From the human T2T-CHM13v2.0 reference genome, Homo sapiens, in NCBI RefSeq assembly GCF_009914755.1, contig NC_060942.1: DNA of 64,000 bases; one strand, written 5' to 3'. The notes under the pieces were generated by a model, which had not been told where the DNA came from, searched no databases, and saw nothing but the letters and a program-made list of their open reading frames with translations. How positions within the stretch are numbered: the first letter of the stretch is position 1; every line of letters begins with the position of its first letter. The position numbers and the translations under genes are program-made. Below are positions 63,510 to 64,000 of the stretch, piece after piece.

Positions 63510-63730
63510 ATTAACACATTTACTGAACACATTTATGTTCCAGGATCTATTCTAAGCCCTATATGTATATCATATCATTTGATTCTTATGAAAACTCTAT
63601 GAGGTAGATGATGTTATTACTCTACTTTACAGATAGAGAAACTGAGGCACAGAAATCCTAAGTAACTCATCTACAGACAGTAGCTGATGGAGGATTGAGT
63701 CTTGGCAGGCTGACACCAGAGCCTAGGATG
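63510..63730 (-). mobile_element. MIR SINE
   Basis: TTTTACAGATAGAGAAACTGAGGCACAGA core. Confidence 0.8.
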
Positions 63731-63812
63731 AAATTAGATTCTTAATGAATAAATATAAATTTGATTAATTGAGAGACTTATGTGTTTTGGTTGGTCACTC
63801 TTGTACCGTAAC

Positions 63813-64000
63813 TGCAATGTGCTGAATGTTTGTGTCCTCCCTAAATTCATATGTTGAAATCCTAACTCCCTTTATGGTGGTATTAGAAGGTAGGATCTTT
63901 GGGAGATAATTAGATCACAAGGGTGGATCCCTCATGAACAGATCTGTGGCCTTGTGAAAGTGACCCCAGAGAGCTCTCACCCTCTTTTCCACCATGTGAG
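63813..64000 (+). mobile_element. MLT1A-like MaLR LTR 5' part (runs off the window)
   Basis: CTGAATGTTTGTGTCC...AAATTCATATGTTGAAATCCTAAC...CCACCATGTGAG. Confidence 0.8.

Overview
Human genomic DNA; a human-specific AluYb8 at 27335-27669 fixes the species. The window looks intergenic or deep intronic, and I find no recognisable cellular protein-coding gene. It is dominated by interspersed repeats: about 20 Alus or Alu fragments, a full-length L1PA2/late-L1PA3 (50578-56623), two truncated L1PA6-like copies, ERVL/MaLR/ERV1 solo LTRs, DNA transposon relics, MIR and L2. The only long ORFs are L1-derived. Structure not explained by repeat families includes: (1) an ungapped ~467-bp, ~93%-identical inverted duplication (16160-16626 / 22967-23432) enclosing 6.3 kb, each arm with an RFX X-box; (2) an L1 whose ORF2 is one nonsense codon from intact and whose antisense ORF0 is open with an optimal Kozak context; (3) a Meis/TALE motif cluster ~1.1 kb from that L1 promoter; (4) several micro-rearrangement scars, namely a MER41 micro-inversion, an 83-bp templated duplication hit twice by Alus, and a fold-back palindrome; (5) candidate minus-strand non-coding exons. 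Repeat subfamily calls are from recalled consensus sequences, and boundaries of old repeats are approximate. I do not see firm evidence of a new biological system; the leads are structural or regulatory hypotheses.
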